Assembly (NCBI GenBank): GCA_035389185.1
Contig: DAOORK010000001.1
Span: 510,218-574,217, forward strand
DNA length: 64,000 nt
Direction: 5' to 3'
Source of the DNA: Candidatus Woesebacteria bacterium
GTDB taxonomy: Bacteria > Patescibacteriota > Microgenomatia > UBA1400 > MFAQ01
Shown here one piece after another: positions 47,500 to 56,416 of this stretch (position 1 is its first letter; every line of letters begins with the position of its first letter). The notes beneath the pieces are model-generated. The model had not been told where the DNA came from. It saw only the letters and a list, made by a program, of their open reading frames with translations, and did not search any database. A program made the translations under genes and the position numbers.

Positions 47500-50449
47500 G
47501 GGCTTTTTCTTTTTGATTGTTAATAGATGGTTCAGACGAAAGGAACCCTTTGGTTTTTAGGACTTCGAGAACTGAAGTGGTTATTCTTAGTTTACCGCCT
47601 TGGGCAGAAGTTTTGGCTAGTTCGATGGCTTCTGGAAAATTAAGCCAGCGAAAATCAGAGTACTCTTCATCCGAAGGGAACTTAAGACTAGAGGAGGCGG
47701 ATGTAGCATAGAGAAAGTAGTATTTTTTGCCCTTCATAGTGACCGACTCACCGGAGTCGAGATTAAGTTCACGCAACCCTTGTTTGTCCGGAGGAAATTC
47801 GATTTTATCGACTGCTACCAGTGTGGGTTTGAAGCTTGTTTGCTTAACGAAGTCCTCGCCAAGTTCTTCGGTCATTTCACGTTTGAAGGCTTTGACAAGA
47901 TCCTCACCATTGTCTACTCCTCCTTGGGGCAGTTGCCAAAGTTGGTGGACTTTTTGAAAGGTAAAAAGGATCTTACCGGAGTTGATGAAACATCCAACAA
48001 CACTGGGACGGAGCCCTTCGGCTCTGTCCTTGTCGAGATCTTCGAGACTTGGTTCTATTGAACTATTTGTCTGGGGTCGCTTCGTCATTTCATTCCTCGC
48101 AACAACAGGAGAGGGTGAAGAGAAAGGTTTGGGAGACTGCTGTTGGGGACGATATGGAGTTGACTGGGAGTATGAGCGATCCTCTCCACGAGGCCCTGAC
48201 TGATTTGGGTAAGCAGGTCGGTACTCTCTTTTGGGAGCTGGAGCACTGGGAGTGTATATAGTTGCTTGAGACATGTCTAAGGCTTCGGTTTTGCGATAGA
48301 ACTGTTCTTCGCTCATCTCGATAATTCTTTGACGATTATTATCTTTGGTTTCCGGTAACGGCAAGGTAGTTGCGGAAAAGGGGTTGGAGATAGAAGCGTT
48401 AACAGAAATCTTGACGATGATTTGGTAACGAGCCAGACCGACAAGATCGTCCTGAGTATAAAAGTTTCCGAGCTCGTTCATGAGTCGATTGGCATCGGCG
48501 GCACCAACAACGAAACTGATGAGTGTACCGGCGTTGCCAAAAATGGCGTCTTGAATTTCGATTGGAAGCTGGGCCGTGTACTGATTGGCCAGAATAAGAT
48601 TGAGGCGGTATTTCCGAGCCTCAGAGAGAATTTTAATGAAGGAAGTCGTGGCAAAGTTTTGAAACTCATCGACATAGAGGAAAAAGTCTTTACGTTCTTT
48701 TTCGGCCATGTTGGCACGGTTCATAGCCGCGATTTGAATTTGAGAGATAAACATGGCACCTAAGAGGGCTGCATTATCTTCACCGATCTTACCTTGAGGA
48801 AGATTTAAGATAATAATCTTGCCGTTGTTCATCAGGTCTTCAAAATCAACCGTGGAGTCTGGATGACTAATAATGTCTCTAATTGTGGGTGAAGTAATGA
48901 ATTGTCCGACTTTATTGAGAATTGGAGAGATGGCTTCTGATTGGAATTTTTCGGAGTATTTATCGTACTCATCGTGCCAAAAATTGTGCAGAACCGGATC
49001 TTGGACGGCGGCCAGGTATTCTTCACGATAGACTTTGTTGGTAAGAATGCGCGGAACATCGAGAAGGGTGGCTCCGGGTTTGGCGACTAAGGTGAGAAGG
49101 GTGTTTCTTAAAATATATTCAAGACGAGGACCCCAAGAGTTGCCGTAGAGTTTACTAAAAATGGAAACAATACCAGAAGCAACTAACTCGGCGTAGGCCT
49201 GGTTTTTGACAAAAAGCGGATTAAGGTGAAATGATTTGCCAACAACCGAAGGGTCGAGATAAGCAACATCTTGGATTCTATTGCTCGGAATGTAGTCCAG
49301 CAAGTGTTCGGCGGTATCACCATGAGGATCGACAAGGGCCATGCCTTCACCATGACGAATATCATTGATGGCCATGTTGGCTAGCAGAGTTGATTTACCG
49401 GTACCGGACTTTCCCAAAACGTAAACGTGACGACGACGATCCTCACCTTTTTTCATACCAAAGGAGACTAAACGATTCTTGTATTCTGTCTTGGCGAAAA
49501 AATTAACTTCTTGTTTTTCTTCCTCGGACATGTCTTCGGAAATTGGAAGGTTAGCTGGCGGTTCTCCCCTTAGAGTCTTGCCCCAGGCAATACCTTTGAT
49601 GTTGGCAAGGCTAGCTCCAGGTAAGTGGTAGATGGCGGCAATTTCGGCGTAGTTTAAAAACTGATACTGATTTGAGTATTGGGTGGAGCGATCGATGATT
49701 ACATTCCTAAGTTTTTCGTAAGAGGCGGGTTTGATGGACTTTAATTTAAAGCTATTACCTTCTGAAAGAGAGTATGTTCCGAAGGCAGCGGCTAACTGCG
49801 AAAGAAGCTGGTTTGAGGTGGATTCATTTTGAGAAATAGCAACCAAACGAATATCACAACCATAGGCCTGATGAGCAAGTTTTTTCTCGATGAAGGTCTT
49901 GGCTGGGTTGGGAGATGCCTTACCTCCTTCAGGGACAGGTTTGGGTTCAAGAGATTTCCTGAGCGACTTTTGCCAGTTGCCGGGAGCGGCAAAAAGAGCA
50001 ATTTGAATCACAGCGGCCTGGCCTGTGGAGACGCGAGAAAGACTACCAAGAATGGCAGTCATCTGATCAACTTTTTCGTCTTCGGTAACATTTAACGGAA
50101 GCTCAGAGGGTGCGGTGAGAACAAGTTGTCCAAACTGAGGCTGGCCGTGGTTAACCCAGTCTGAGAGATAGTCCTTCATGGGGTTTATTAGAGCTGTAGG
50201 GTATTGGGCAGCAATTTGAGAGCGAACAAGGTGTTCCAGACGCTCGGGACAAGCAATAACAAAGTAGGTTGTCTGATTGAGGTTGGCTATTTCAAGAGTA
50301 ATGGTCTCAAAATTGTTGAGAAGGCGATCCATAAAACTGGATTTCAACGATGATTTTATGGAGGCTAAGAATTCGATGAATGCAGCCTGGCCAGTAAGAG
50401 AGTCTTTGGCAGGACGAATCTGCAGTACCGAATATTTGGGCAGGGCCAT
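47276..50449 (-). CDS. VirD4/TraD-like (DUF87) ATPase with fused NUDIX domain
   Basis: RRRHVYVLGKSGTGKS, VDPHGD, YVDEFQ, SEARKY; Nudix box GGVDNGEDLVKAFKREMTEELG. Confidence 0.88.
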   Translation of the reverse strand: MALPKYSVLQIRPAKDSLTGQAAFIEFLASIKSSLKSSFMDRLLNNFETITLEIANLNQTTYFVIACPERLEHLVRSQIAAQYPTALINPMKDYLSDWVNHGQPQFGQLVLTAPSELPLNVTEDEKVDQMTAILGSLSRVSTGQAAVIQIALFAAPGNWQKSLRKSLEPKPVPEGGKASPNPAKTFIEKKLAHQAYGCDIRLVAISQNESTSNQLLSQLAAAFGTYSLSEGNSFKLKSIKPASYEKLRNVIIDRSTQYSNQYQFLNYAEIAAIYHLPGASLANIKGIAWGKTLRGEPPANLPISEDMSEEEKQEVNFFAKTEYKNRLVSFGMKKGEDRRRHVYVLGKSGTGKSTLLANMAINDIRHGEGMALVDPHGDTAEHLLDYIPSNRIQDVAYLDPSVVGKSFHLNPLFVKNQAYAELVASGIVSIFSKLYGNSWGPRLEYILRNTLLTLVAKPGATLLDVPRILTNKVYREEYLAAVQDPVLHNFWHDEYDKYSEKFQSEAISPILNKVGQFITSPTIRDIISHPDSTVDFEDLMNNGKIIILNLPQGKIGEDNAALLGAMFISQIQIAAMNRANMAEKERKDFFLYVDEFQNFATTSFIKILSEARKYRLNLILANQYTAQLPIEIQDAIFGNAGTLISFVVGAADANRLMNELGNFYTQDDLVGLARYQIIVKISVNASISNPFSATTLPLPETKDNNRQRIIEMSEEQFYRKTEALDMSQATIYTPSAPAPKREYRPAYPNQSGPRGEDRSYSQSTPYRPQQQSPKPFSSPSPVVARNEMTKRPQTNSSIEPSLEDLDKDRAEGLRPSVVGCFINSGKILFTFQKVHQLWQLPQGGVDNGEDLVKAFKREMTEELGEDFVKQTSFKPTLVAVDKIEFPPDKQGLRELNLDSGESVTMKGKKYYFLYATSASSSLKFPSDEEYSDFRWLNFPEAIELAKTSAQGGKLRITTSVLEVLKTKGFLSSEPSINNQKEKAHESRPQHHPRSESGPVIRPPRPTPKPRAVEPANHPNIQPAPKLAEHPNSQPLVIGDNLPATVSEPGTDLLSPTT
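48073..48106 (-). repeat. Degenerate RPE/REP-like palindromic element in frame
   Basis: Minus strand GTTGTTGCGAGGAATGAAATGACGAAGCGACCCC, encoding VVARNEMTKRP. Confidence 0.5.
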
Positions 50450-50467
50450 GATATTAGTATATACAAT

Positions 50468-51079
50468 CTAGGCGTTATCGGGAGCGGAAACAAGAGTACG
50501 AACTGGATGTTTGGTACCGGAGTCGACTACTTTGATGTCGGAAAGAAGAACATTCTCGACGATAAGGCCTTTGTCTTCAAATAACTTATTGAGCTCCATC
50601 TTGAGGTCGCTTTCTATCTTGGATCTCTCATTCCCTATTTCGGAAGAGTCATACTGACTAAAGCCTGAAGAAATGCGACTTCTGGAGTATGGGCGAACAA
50701 CTTTGGAAATAAAGTTGTCTCCAATATTTTCCCAAAGCTCGGGAGCATTGGCTTTATCGATTTTGAAAAGAATCGAGCCTTCGACTGAGATAATCATACT
50801 GTCTTTAGTAGTTGCGGCAATTGGTTCGTCCCCTAGTGACTCTTTTTGAGAAATATCAAAACCGTGACGAATGGTGTACTCAAGAATCTGAGCGTTGAAT
50901 AGTTTGGCAATCTGCCAGAAAGGAAACTTGAGGTGAAGCCCTGGCCCCCAGACACGTTTGAGGACGCCTAATCCGCGATCATAGACACAGGCGACATGTC
51001 CGGGAGGAACGGAAATAAAGAATCCGCCAACAACTTCGTCAACGAGAAATGAGACTACGAGTTTATCAAAATCAGCCAT
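50468..51079 (-). CDS. SPFH/prohibitin family protein
   Basis: VPPGHV..GPGLHLKFPF, GLIVENVLLSDI; start at MADF. Confidence 0.85.
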   Translation of the reverse strand: MADFDKLVVSFLVDEVVGGFFISVPPGHVACVYDRGLGVLKRVWGPGLHLKFPFWQIAKLFNAQILEYTIRHGFDISQKESLGDEPIAATTKDSMIISVEGSILFKIDKANAPELWENIGDNFISKVVRPYSRSRISSGFSQYDSSEIGNERSKIESDLKMELNKLFEDKGLIVENVLLSDIKVVDSGTKHPVRTLVSAPDNA

Positions 51080-51089
51080 ATTTCCTATA

Positions 51090-51929
51090 TTATAACTTTT
51101 TTTGGCGAAGCGGTGTGTTTTGAATGTTTTGAAGGTGTTGTTTGAGGGAAGGATACAGGTCGTTTTTATGAAAATACGCAGAGTGAAGAGAAATGGTTTC
51201 GGATGTTTTTTTGGGAAGCATATAGAGGTATTGGAGGAAAAAGAAGATGGCATTTAGAGGCGCCAAGAAGAAGTTTCTTGAAACTAGACGGGTTGAGTGT
51301 GAGGGTGTAGTTTTGGCGTAGTAGGCATTTGCCAAGTACTTTGATGTCCAAGCGTTAGCTTTCAGATATTGTTGATATATATCTCCCCTTTCAAACACAG
51401 GCCGGGCCTGAAGTACTTCATGGGCGGTGTAAAGATTTTGTTTTTGGGGGTGAACTGTAAGACTGAGGGTATCGAGCCAGAGGTTAGGACAAAGGGAGTT
51501 AAGGCGTATGGAACGAGGGTTGTCGCCAGGATGGCGACGAGGGAAATGGAGACTGAGAATCAGGAGAAAAAGAGGGCGGATTAGCCAAAGAACGTAAGGC
51601 TTGGTAATGATTAAAAGATCGATGTCATCGCCTTTTTTGGTGTTTCCTACAGCAACCGATCCGGTGATGGCGATCATTTCGATCCCCGGAATGTGACGAG
51701 TATAAGAGATAAGTGACTGAAGATACTTTTCTTTAGCTTGAGTGTTTTTTAGTAGTAAGAGACGCTTTTCTGTATCCTTTTTTGAGAGAGGTGGAGAATA
51801 CCGTTGAACTGTTGGGTATGAGACACGCTTGTCTCCAATGAGCCAAAGGTGGATTTCTTTTGAAGATAGGGGGAACGAAAAGTACTCAGAGTAGGCAATG
51901 GTTTGGATGACCGCGGAACGATGGACCAT
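51090..51929 (-). CDS. Nucleotidyltransferase-domain protein
   Basis: TGSVA..DDIDLLII, NLYTAHE. Confidence 0.75.
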   Translation of the reverse strand: MVHRSAVIQTIAYSEYFSFPLSSKEIHLWLIGDKRVSYPTVQRYSPPLSKKDTEKRLLLLKNTQAKEKYLQSLISYTRHIPGIEMIAITGSVAVGNTKKGDDIDLLIITKPYVLWLIRPLFLLILSLHFPRRHPGDNPRSIRLNSLCPNLWLDTLSLTVHPQKQNLYTAHEVLQARPVFERGDIYQQYLKANAWTSKYLANAYYAKTTPSHSTRLVSRNFFLAPLNAIFFFLQYLYMLPKKTSETISLHSAYFHKNDLYPSLKQHLQNIQNTPLRQKKL

Positions 51930-51930
51930 T

Positions 51931-53421
51931 TTAAGGTGTTGGAGTGGCCACAGCAGTCACAAGTCCATAACTTGAAAGGACCTGATTGAACCCGTTGCTC
52001 AGGGTTTCTGTCGATTGGGTTGTGTTCTGATTTTGGACAAAAGCATTTACAGCATCTTCGAGATACTTGATTAGTCTGGAGTTGAGGGCGGTTTTGGAGT
52101 CGTGAGTGGATCCGGCGGTATAAAAAGTACGGGCTGTATCCATGCTAAGAATGTAGGGGGCAACAATAGAGTTTTTTTGGGCAATAGAGGCTACGGCTTT
52201 GTTGGCTGGCGGTTGAGGAAATTCCCTGTCTGTAGTAGCTGAGTCAAACAAAAGCTGTTGAGCTTTAGCTGAGGCTAAGAAACTTAAGAATTTCCAGGCT
52301 TCTTGTGGATGTTTGCTGTTTTTACTAACACCTTCGAACCAGTATGTAGCCCAGTTGACGGTATCGGAGTCGGGAAGCTGGGGCACGGACACGGTTTGCC
52401 ACGAAAGTGAAGGATTGATAGTTTTGATATCAATCGCGCGATATGAGGGGGCAATAACCATGGCCACTTTTTCGTTGGCAAAGGCTGTAACTGAAGGAGG
52501 AAGGGTGTCGTCCCAGACATGATTTTTGTTAACAAAATCTACATAGTATTGAAGGGTGGAAGTAACTTCTGGCCCTTTGGGGTCTGTTAGCTTGACACCG
52601 GCCTGAAGAAGCATGAGACTGACAATATCGGACCAGTGCTCAACGTTGGCTGTATTACCGAGGGCGATACCTGCGCGAGTAATTTTGCCGGTTTGAGGAT
52701 CAACTTCTTTGAGCATTCTGGCGGCGTTAAGAACATCTGGCCAGGTTTTGGGGAAATCGAGCGACTTTTGCTGAAACATGGAGGTGTTGATGTAAAGAGC
52801 CAAGCCTTCCATGGTCATGGGTACTCCGTAAACTGAGGTGCCGGAAACGAGAGTTTTGGCGACGACGGGATAAAAGTTGGTAGAGATCTCGGTGGCTGAA
52901 ACGGAGTTGGTCGGAGCAGGAAATAAATCTTTGGCTAGTAAGGGAAGCCAGGTAGAGTGCAGACGCACGATATCAGGAGAGTTTTGACTTTCAAGTGCAG
53001 TTTTGACACGATCTTGATAGTCTTGTGAAGATTGGAGTTGGTAGCTAATTTTTATGGTTGGGTTTTCCTTTTCAAATTCGTCAATGACGGGTTTCATAAC
53101 GGCCGACGATTCCCACAGTCCGTAGTATGTAAGAGTCACAGTCTGGGTTGTAGAGGCAGATTTTGTACTCGATTGGCCGCTAAAAATCTTGGAGAGACCA
53201 AAAACAATACCTGCAATAACTAGAGCGCCAATTAAAACCGGAATAATAATCTTAGGAAAAGATGATTTTGTCTTTGGAGCTTTGACGGAAGCCGGAGCTT
53301 GGTAACTGGGAGGGGGCGGGGCGGCTTCTTCCGGAGCAGGAAGTGGAGTATTCCCAGAAGGAATTTCTGTGGTAGAAACTGGTCCGGGTAAGGGAAATAA
53401 ATTATCCATGTATAAATTCAA
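51931..53421 (-). CDS. Extracellular solute-binding protein (sugar ABC type)
   Basis: LTYYGLWE, PDIV, YGVPM..ALYIN, AWKFLSFL. Confidence 0.88.
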   Translation of the reverse strand: MNLYMDNLFPLPGPVSTTEIPSGNTPLPAPEEAAPPPPSYQAPASVKAPKTKSSFPKIIIPVLIGALVIAGIVFGLSKIFSGQSSTKSASTTQTVTLTYYGLWESSAVMKPVIDEFEKENPTIKISYQLQSSQDYQDRVKTALESQNSPDIVRLHSTWLPLLAKDLFPAPTNSVSATEISTNFYPVVAKTLVSGTSVYGVPMTMEGLALYINTSMFQQKSLDFPKTWPDVLNAARMLKEVDPQTGKITRAGIALGNTANVEHWSDIVSLMLLQAGVKLTDPKGPEVTSTLQYYVDFVNKNHVWDDTLPPSVTAFANEKVAMVIAPSYRAIDIKTINPSLSWQTVSVPQLPDSDTVNWATYWFEGVSKNSKHPQEAWKFLSFLASAKAQQLLFDSATTDREFPQPPANKAVASIAQKNSIVAPYILSMDTARTFYTAGSTHDSKTALNSRLIKYLEDAVNAFVQNQNTTQSTETLSNGFNQVLSSYGLVTAVATPTP

Positions 53422-53472
53422 CTAAAATAGTCGTGTCATTGGTACAATGACACTAGTTAAAGTATATCAAGA

Positions 53473-55188
53473 ATGAATAGAATAAAAAACCTTGTCTGGA
53501 TCGTTGTGGTGATATTTTTTATCCTGATAGCAGTGTACTCTGGCTATCAACTAGCCTTTAGAGGATTAATTTTTCCGAAGGTGACTATTGCCGGAATAAA
53601 TGTTGGCGGTATGGATAGGATCACAGCGTTAAAACTGGTGGAAAATTCATTTTCTTTGAATCCAACGAAGATAATTCTTAGGGTAGGAGAGAAAGAGGTT
53701 GAAGATATTAACAAGATTAAAGTGGAGAAAGATTTAAATTGGGCAGTAGAACAAACTTTTTTGGTGGGAAGGAACGGAAATATACTGACACAAATTACCG
53801 AGCAAATAAAAACAGTCTTTTTATCTCGAGATATTGCAGTGCCAATTAGCTACAACCAAGATGATTTGCAAGGATACATTGATCAACTGGCATTGGAGAT
53901 TAATCAAGAACCTGTTTGGCCGAAACTGATGCTTATAAACGGAACTTATGGTATTGAGCCTGGAAAAGACGGTTTGGAAATTAAAAAAGAACAGCTTATT
54001 GGTGAGATTGTAAAAAGATGGGGATTTTCTGACAAACAACTGATTGATATTCCCCTGGAAAGAGTAAGCACTGAACAAAATGAGGAGATGGCGAACAGGG
54101 CAGTGGCTGCTTTAAATAAGTGGGGAGAGAAGAATCTAACACTGACTTACCATAATTTTGAGGACAGTTTAGAGAAAAAAGAAATGGCAGATCTGCTCGG
54201 ATTGATGAATGACATTATTGATGAAAATAAATTTGAAACTTTGCTGGTACGAATACAGCAAGAGATTGAGACTGAACCCAAAAATGCCATATTCCAATTT
54301 GAAGATAACGTTGTCAAAGAGTTTCAGCCTGAGGTCATGGGGGTTGAAATTGATATTCCAAGTTTTAAAACAAAGTTAGGTGAGGTATTGTTGACAGCAG
54401 AAACTGAGACCTTGGAAATCCCGGTGATACTGACAAGCCCCAAGATAAAAACAGGCGACATAAATAATTTGGGCATAAAAGAGTTAATAGGAGAAGGAAC
54501 TTCGAAGTTTGCTCATTCAATAGCCGGTAGAGTGTTTAATATCAACCTGGCATCGTCGCGTGTAAACGGAACACTGGTCGCCCCAGGAGAGGAATTTTCT
54601 TTTAATAAGGCTGTTGGTGACATATCGAGAGCAACTGGTTACCAGCCAGCATACGTAATTAGCGGAGGAAAAACGGTATTGGGTGACGGGGGCGGTGTGT
54701 GTCAGGTGTCGACAACAGTTTTTAGAGCGGCATTAAAAGCGGGACTGCCAATAACCGAAAGAAAAGCTCATGCATATAGAGTTGGTTACTACGAACAGGA
54801 TAGCAACCCCGGAATTGATGCCACTGTTTACAACCCAACTGCAGATTTGAAGTTTATAAACAATACTGAGCACCATATTTTGATTCAGATAGAAGTTGAT
54901 ACACCGAATATGGCAATGAGGGTTGGGATATATGGAGCAAATGATGGACGAAAGATAACCATGACTGAACCGAAGATATCAAGACAGGTTGCACCGCCTG
55001 CGACTTTGTATGTTGACGATCCAACTTTGGCAGTAGGTCAAACAAGGCAGATTGATTGGTCTGCTTGGGGGGCAAATGTGTCTTTCGACTACAAGGTAGT
55101 AAAGGGGGAACAAACAATTTTTGAAAAGACTTTTTATAGCAATTATCAGCCTTGGCGAGCAATTTACTTGAGAGGTACAAAGATTTAG
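53473..55188 (+). CDS. VanW family protein with peptidoglycan-binding repeats
   Basis: PGEEFSFN, GGGVCQVSTT, DATV..DLKF.N. Confidence 0.92.
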   Translation: MNRIKNLVWIVVVIFFILIAVYSGYQLAFRGLIFPKVTIAGINVGGMDRITALKLVENSFSLNPTKIILRVGEKEVEDINKIKVEKDLNWAVEQTFLVGRNGNILTQITEQIKTVFLSRDIAVPISYNQDDLQGYIDQLALEINQEPVWPKLMLINGTYGIEPGKDGLEIKKEQLIGEIVKRWGFSDKQLIDIPLERVSTEQNEEMANRAVAALNKWGEKNLTLTYHNFEDSLEKKEMADLLGLMNDIIDENKFETLLVRIQQEIETEPKNAIFQFEDNVVKEFQPEVMGVEIDIPSFKTKLGEVLLTAETETLEIPVILTSPKIKTGDINNLGIKELIGEGTSKFAHSIAGRVFNINLASSRVNGTLVAPGEEFSFNKAVGDISRATGYQPAYVISGGKTVLGDGGGVCQVSTTVFRAALKAGLPITERKAHAYRVGYYEQDSNPGIDATVYNPTADLKFINNTEHHILIQIEVDTPNMAMRVGIYGANDGRKITMTEPKISRQVAPPATLYVDDPTLAVGQTRQIDWSAWGANVSFDYKVVKGEQTIFEKTFYSNYQPWRAIYLRGTKI

Positions 55189-55197
55189 ACTAAGAAA

Positions 55198-56229
55198 ATG
55201 AAAATATTGGCTATTGAAAGTACTTGTGATGAGACGGCGGCAGCCGTGGTAGAAAATTGTGGGGCTGGAGTAAAAATATTAACCAATATAGTTGCAAGTT
55301 CGGCCGAAATTCACCAAAAGTATGGTGGGATTGTACCTGAAGTTGCCGCACGCGAACAGATTAAAAGTGTTGTTCCGGTGATAAGAGAGGCTATAAACGG
55401 TGACAAGGAGAGTATTAAAGCTGTAGCAGTGAGTTATGGACCAGGTTTGATGGGAAGCCTTTTGATAGGAGTAGAGTCGGCAAAAGCCTTAGCTTGGGCT
55501 TGGCAAAAACCATTACTGCCAGTGAATCATATGGCGGCGCATATTTTTGCGAACTGGATTGTGGAGAATAACGAACAAGAGGTACCGCAGATGCCAGCGA
55601 TTGGCTTGGTGGTAAGCGGCGGTCATACTGATTTGATACTTATGAGAAGCTTAAAGGATTGGCAGTGGATTGGCGGAACGAGAGACGATGCTGTGGGTGA
55701 AGCCTTCGATAAAACTGCTCGTCTTTTGGGGTTTCCCTACCCTGGAGGACCTGAGATACAAAAAGCAACAGAGAGAGTAACTGAAGATATGAAGGAAAAA
55801 TATGGAAAAATTGTTAGGCTACCAAGGCCGATGATCAATGAAGATAATCTGGAGATGAGTTTCTCAGGATTGAAAGCAGCTGTGGCCAAAAAAGTGGAAG
55901 AGATAAAAAATATGGGTGACGAGATAAAAGATGTATTGGCCTGGGAGTTCTCTCAAGCGATAGTAGAAATACTGATTAAAAAGACAATGAAAGCGGTTGA
56001 TAAATATCAACCTAAATGCGTGTTGATGGCTGGCGGCGTGGCGGCCAATAAGCAGTTGCGTGAAGGTTTGAGAGAGACAGTCCAAAACATGGTTGGGGTA
56101 AAGTTTTTTTGTCCTGAGCTTCGATATTGTAGTGATAATGCGGCCATGGTGGGAGCGGCGGCGATACTGGCTCCAGAAGAAGCTAAAATTGAGTCGATAA
56201 AACCAGATCCTAGTTTGGCAACAGTGTAG
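55198..56229 (+). CDS. tsaD: tRNA N6-adenosine threonylcarbamoyltransferase
   Basis: IESTCDET, NHMAAH, VSGGHT, DDAVGEAFDK, DNAAM. Confidence 0.96.
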   Translation: MKILAIESTCDETAAAVVENCGAGVKILTNIVASSAEIHQKYGGIVPEVAAREQIKSVVPVIREAINGDKESIKAVAVSYGPGLMGSLLIGVESAKALAWAWQKPLLPVNHMAAHIFANWIVENNEQEVPQMPAIGLVVSGGHTDLILMRSLKDWQWIGGTRDDAVGEAFDKTARLLGFPYPGGPEIQKATERVTEDMKEKYGKIVRLPRPMINEDNLEMSFSGLKAAVAKKVEEIKNMGDEIKDVLAWEFSQAIVEILIKKTMKAVDKYQPKCVLMAGGVAANKQLREGLRETVQNMVGVKFFCPELRYCSDNAAMVGAAAILAPEEAKIESIKPDPSLATV

Positions 56230-56242
56230 TGATAAAATAAGT

Positions 56243-56395
56243 GAGCAGTGATCGAGGTTTGTCACCTCGGGAGTAAGGGAAGAAATCCAAATCGGAAATT
56301 AGAACCCAAAAAATAAATGAGTAAAATACGAGGTGGTACCGCCTGAAATGGCCCTCGTTAGTCCCCTATCAATGGAGATTAACGAGGGTCTTTTT
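56243..56395 (+). promoter_or_regulatory. T-box riboswitch (Val), transcriptional
   Basis: Antiterminator CGAGG-TGGTACC-GCC..GGC-CCTCG; terminator 56351-56395; candidate GTA (Val) specifier at 56273-56275. Confidence 0.88.
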
Positions 56396-56416
56396 ATACA
56401 TATACAATTAACGTAG

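Noticed and set aside
51080-51253. N-terminal extension of the SPFH ORF
   Set aside because: Overlaps the upstream gene; the ATG at 51079 has a -10-like box just upstream.
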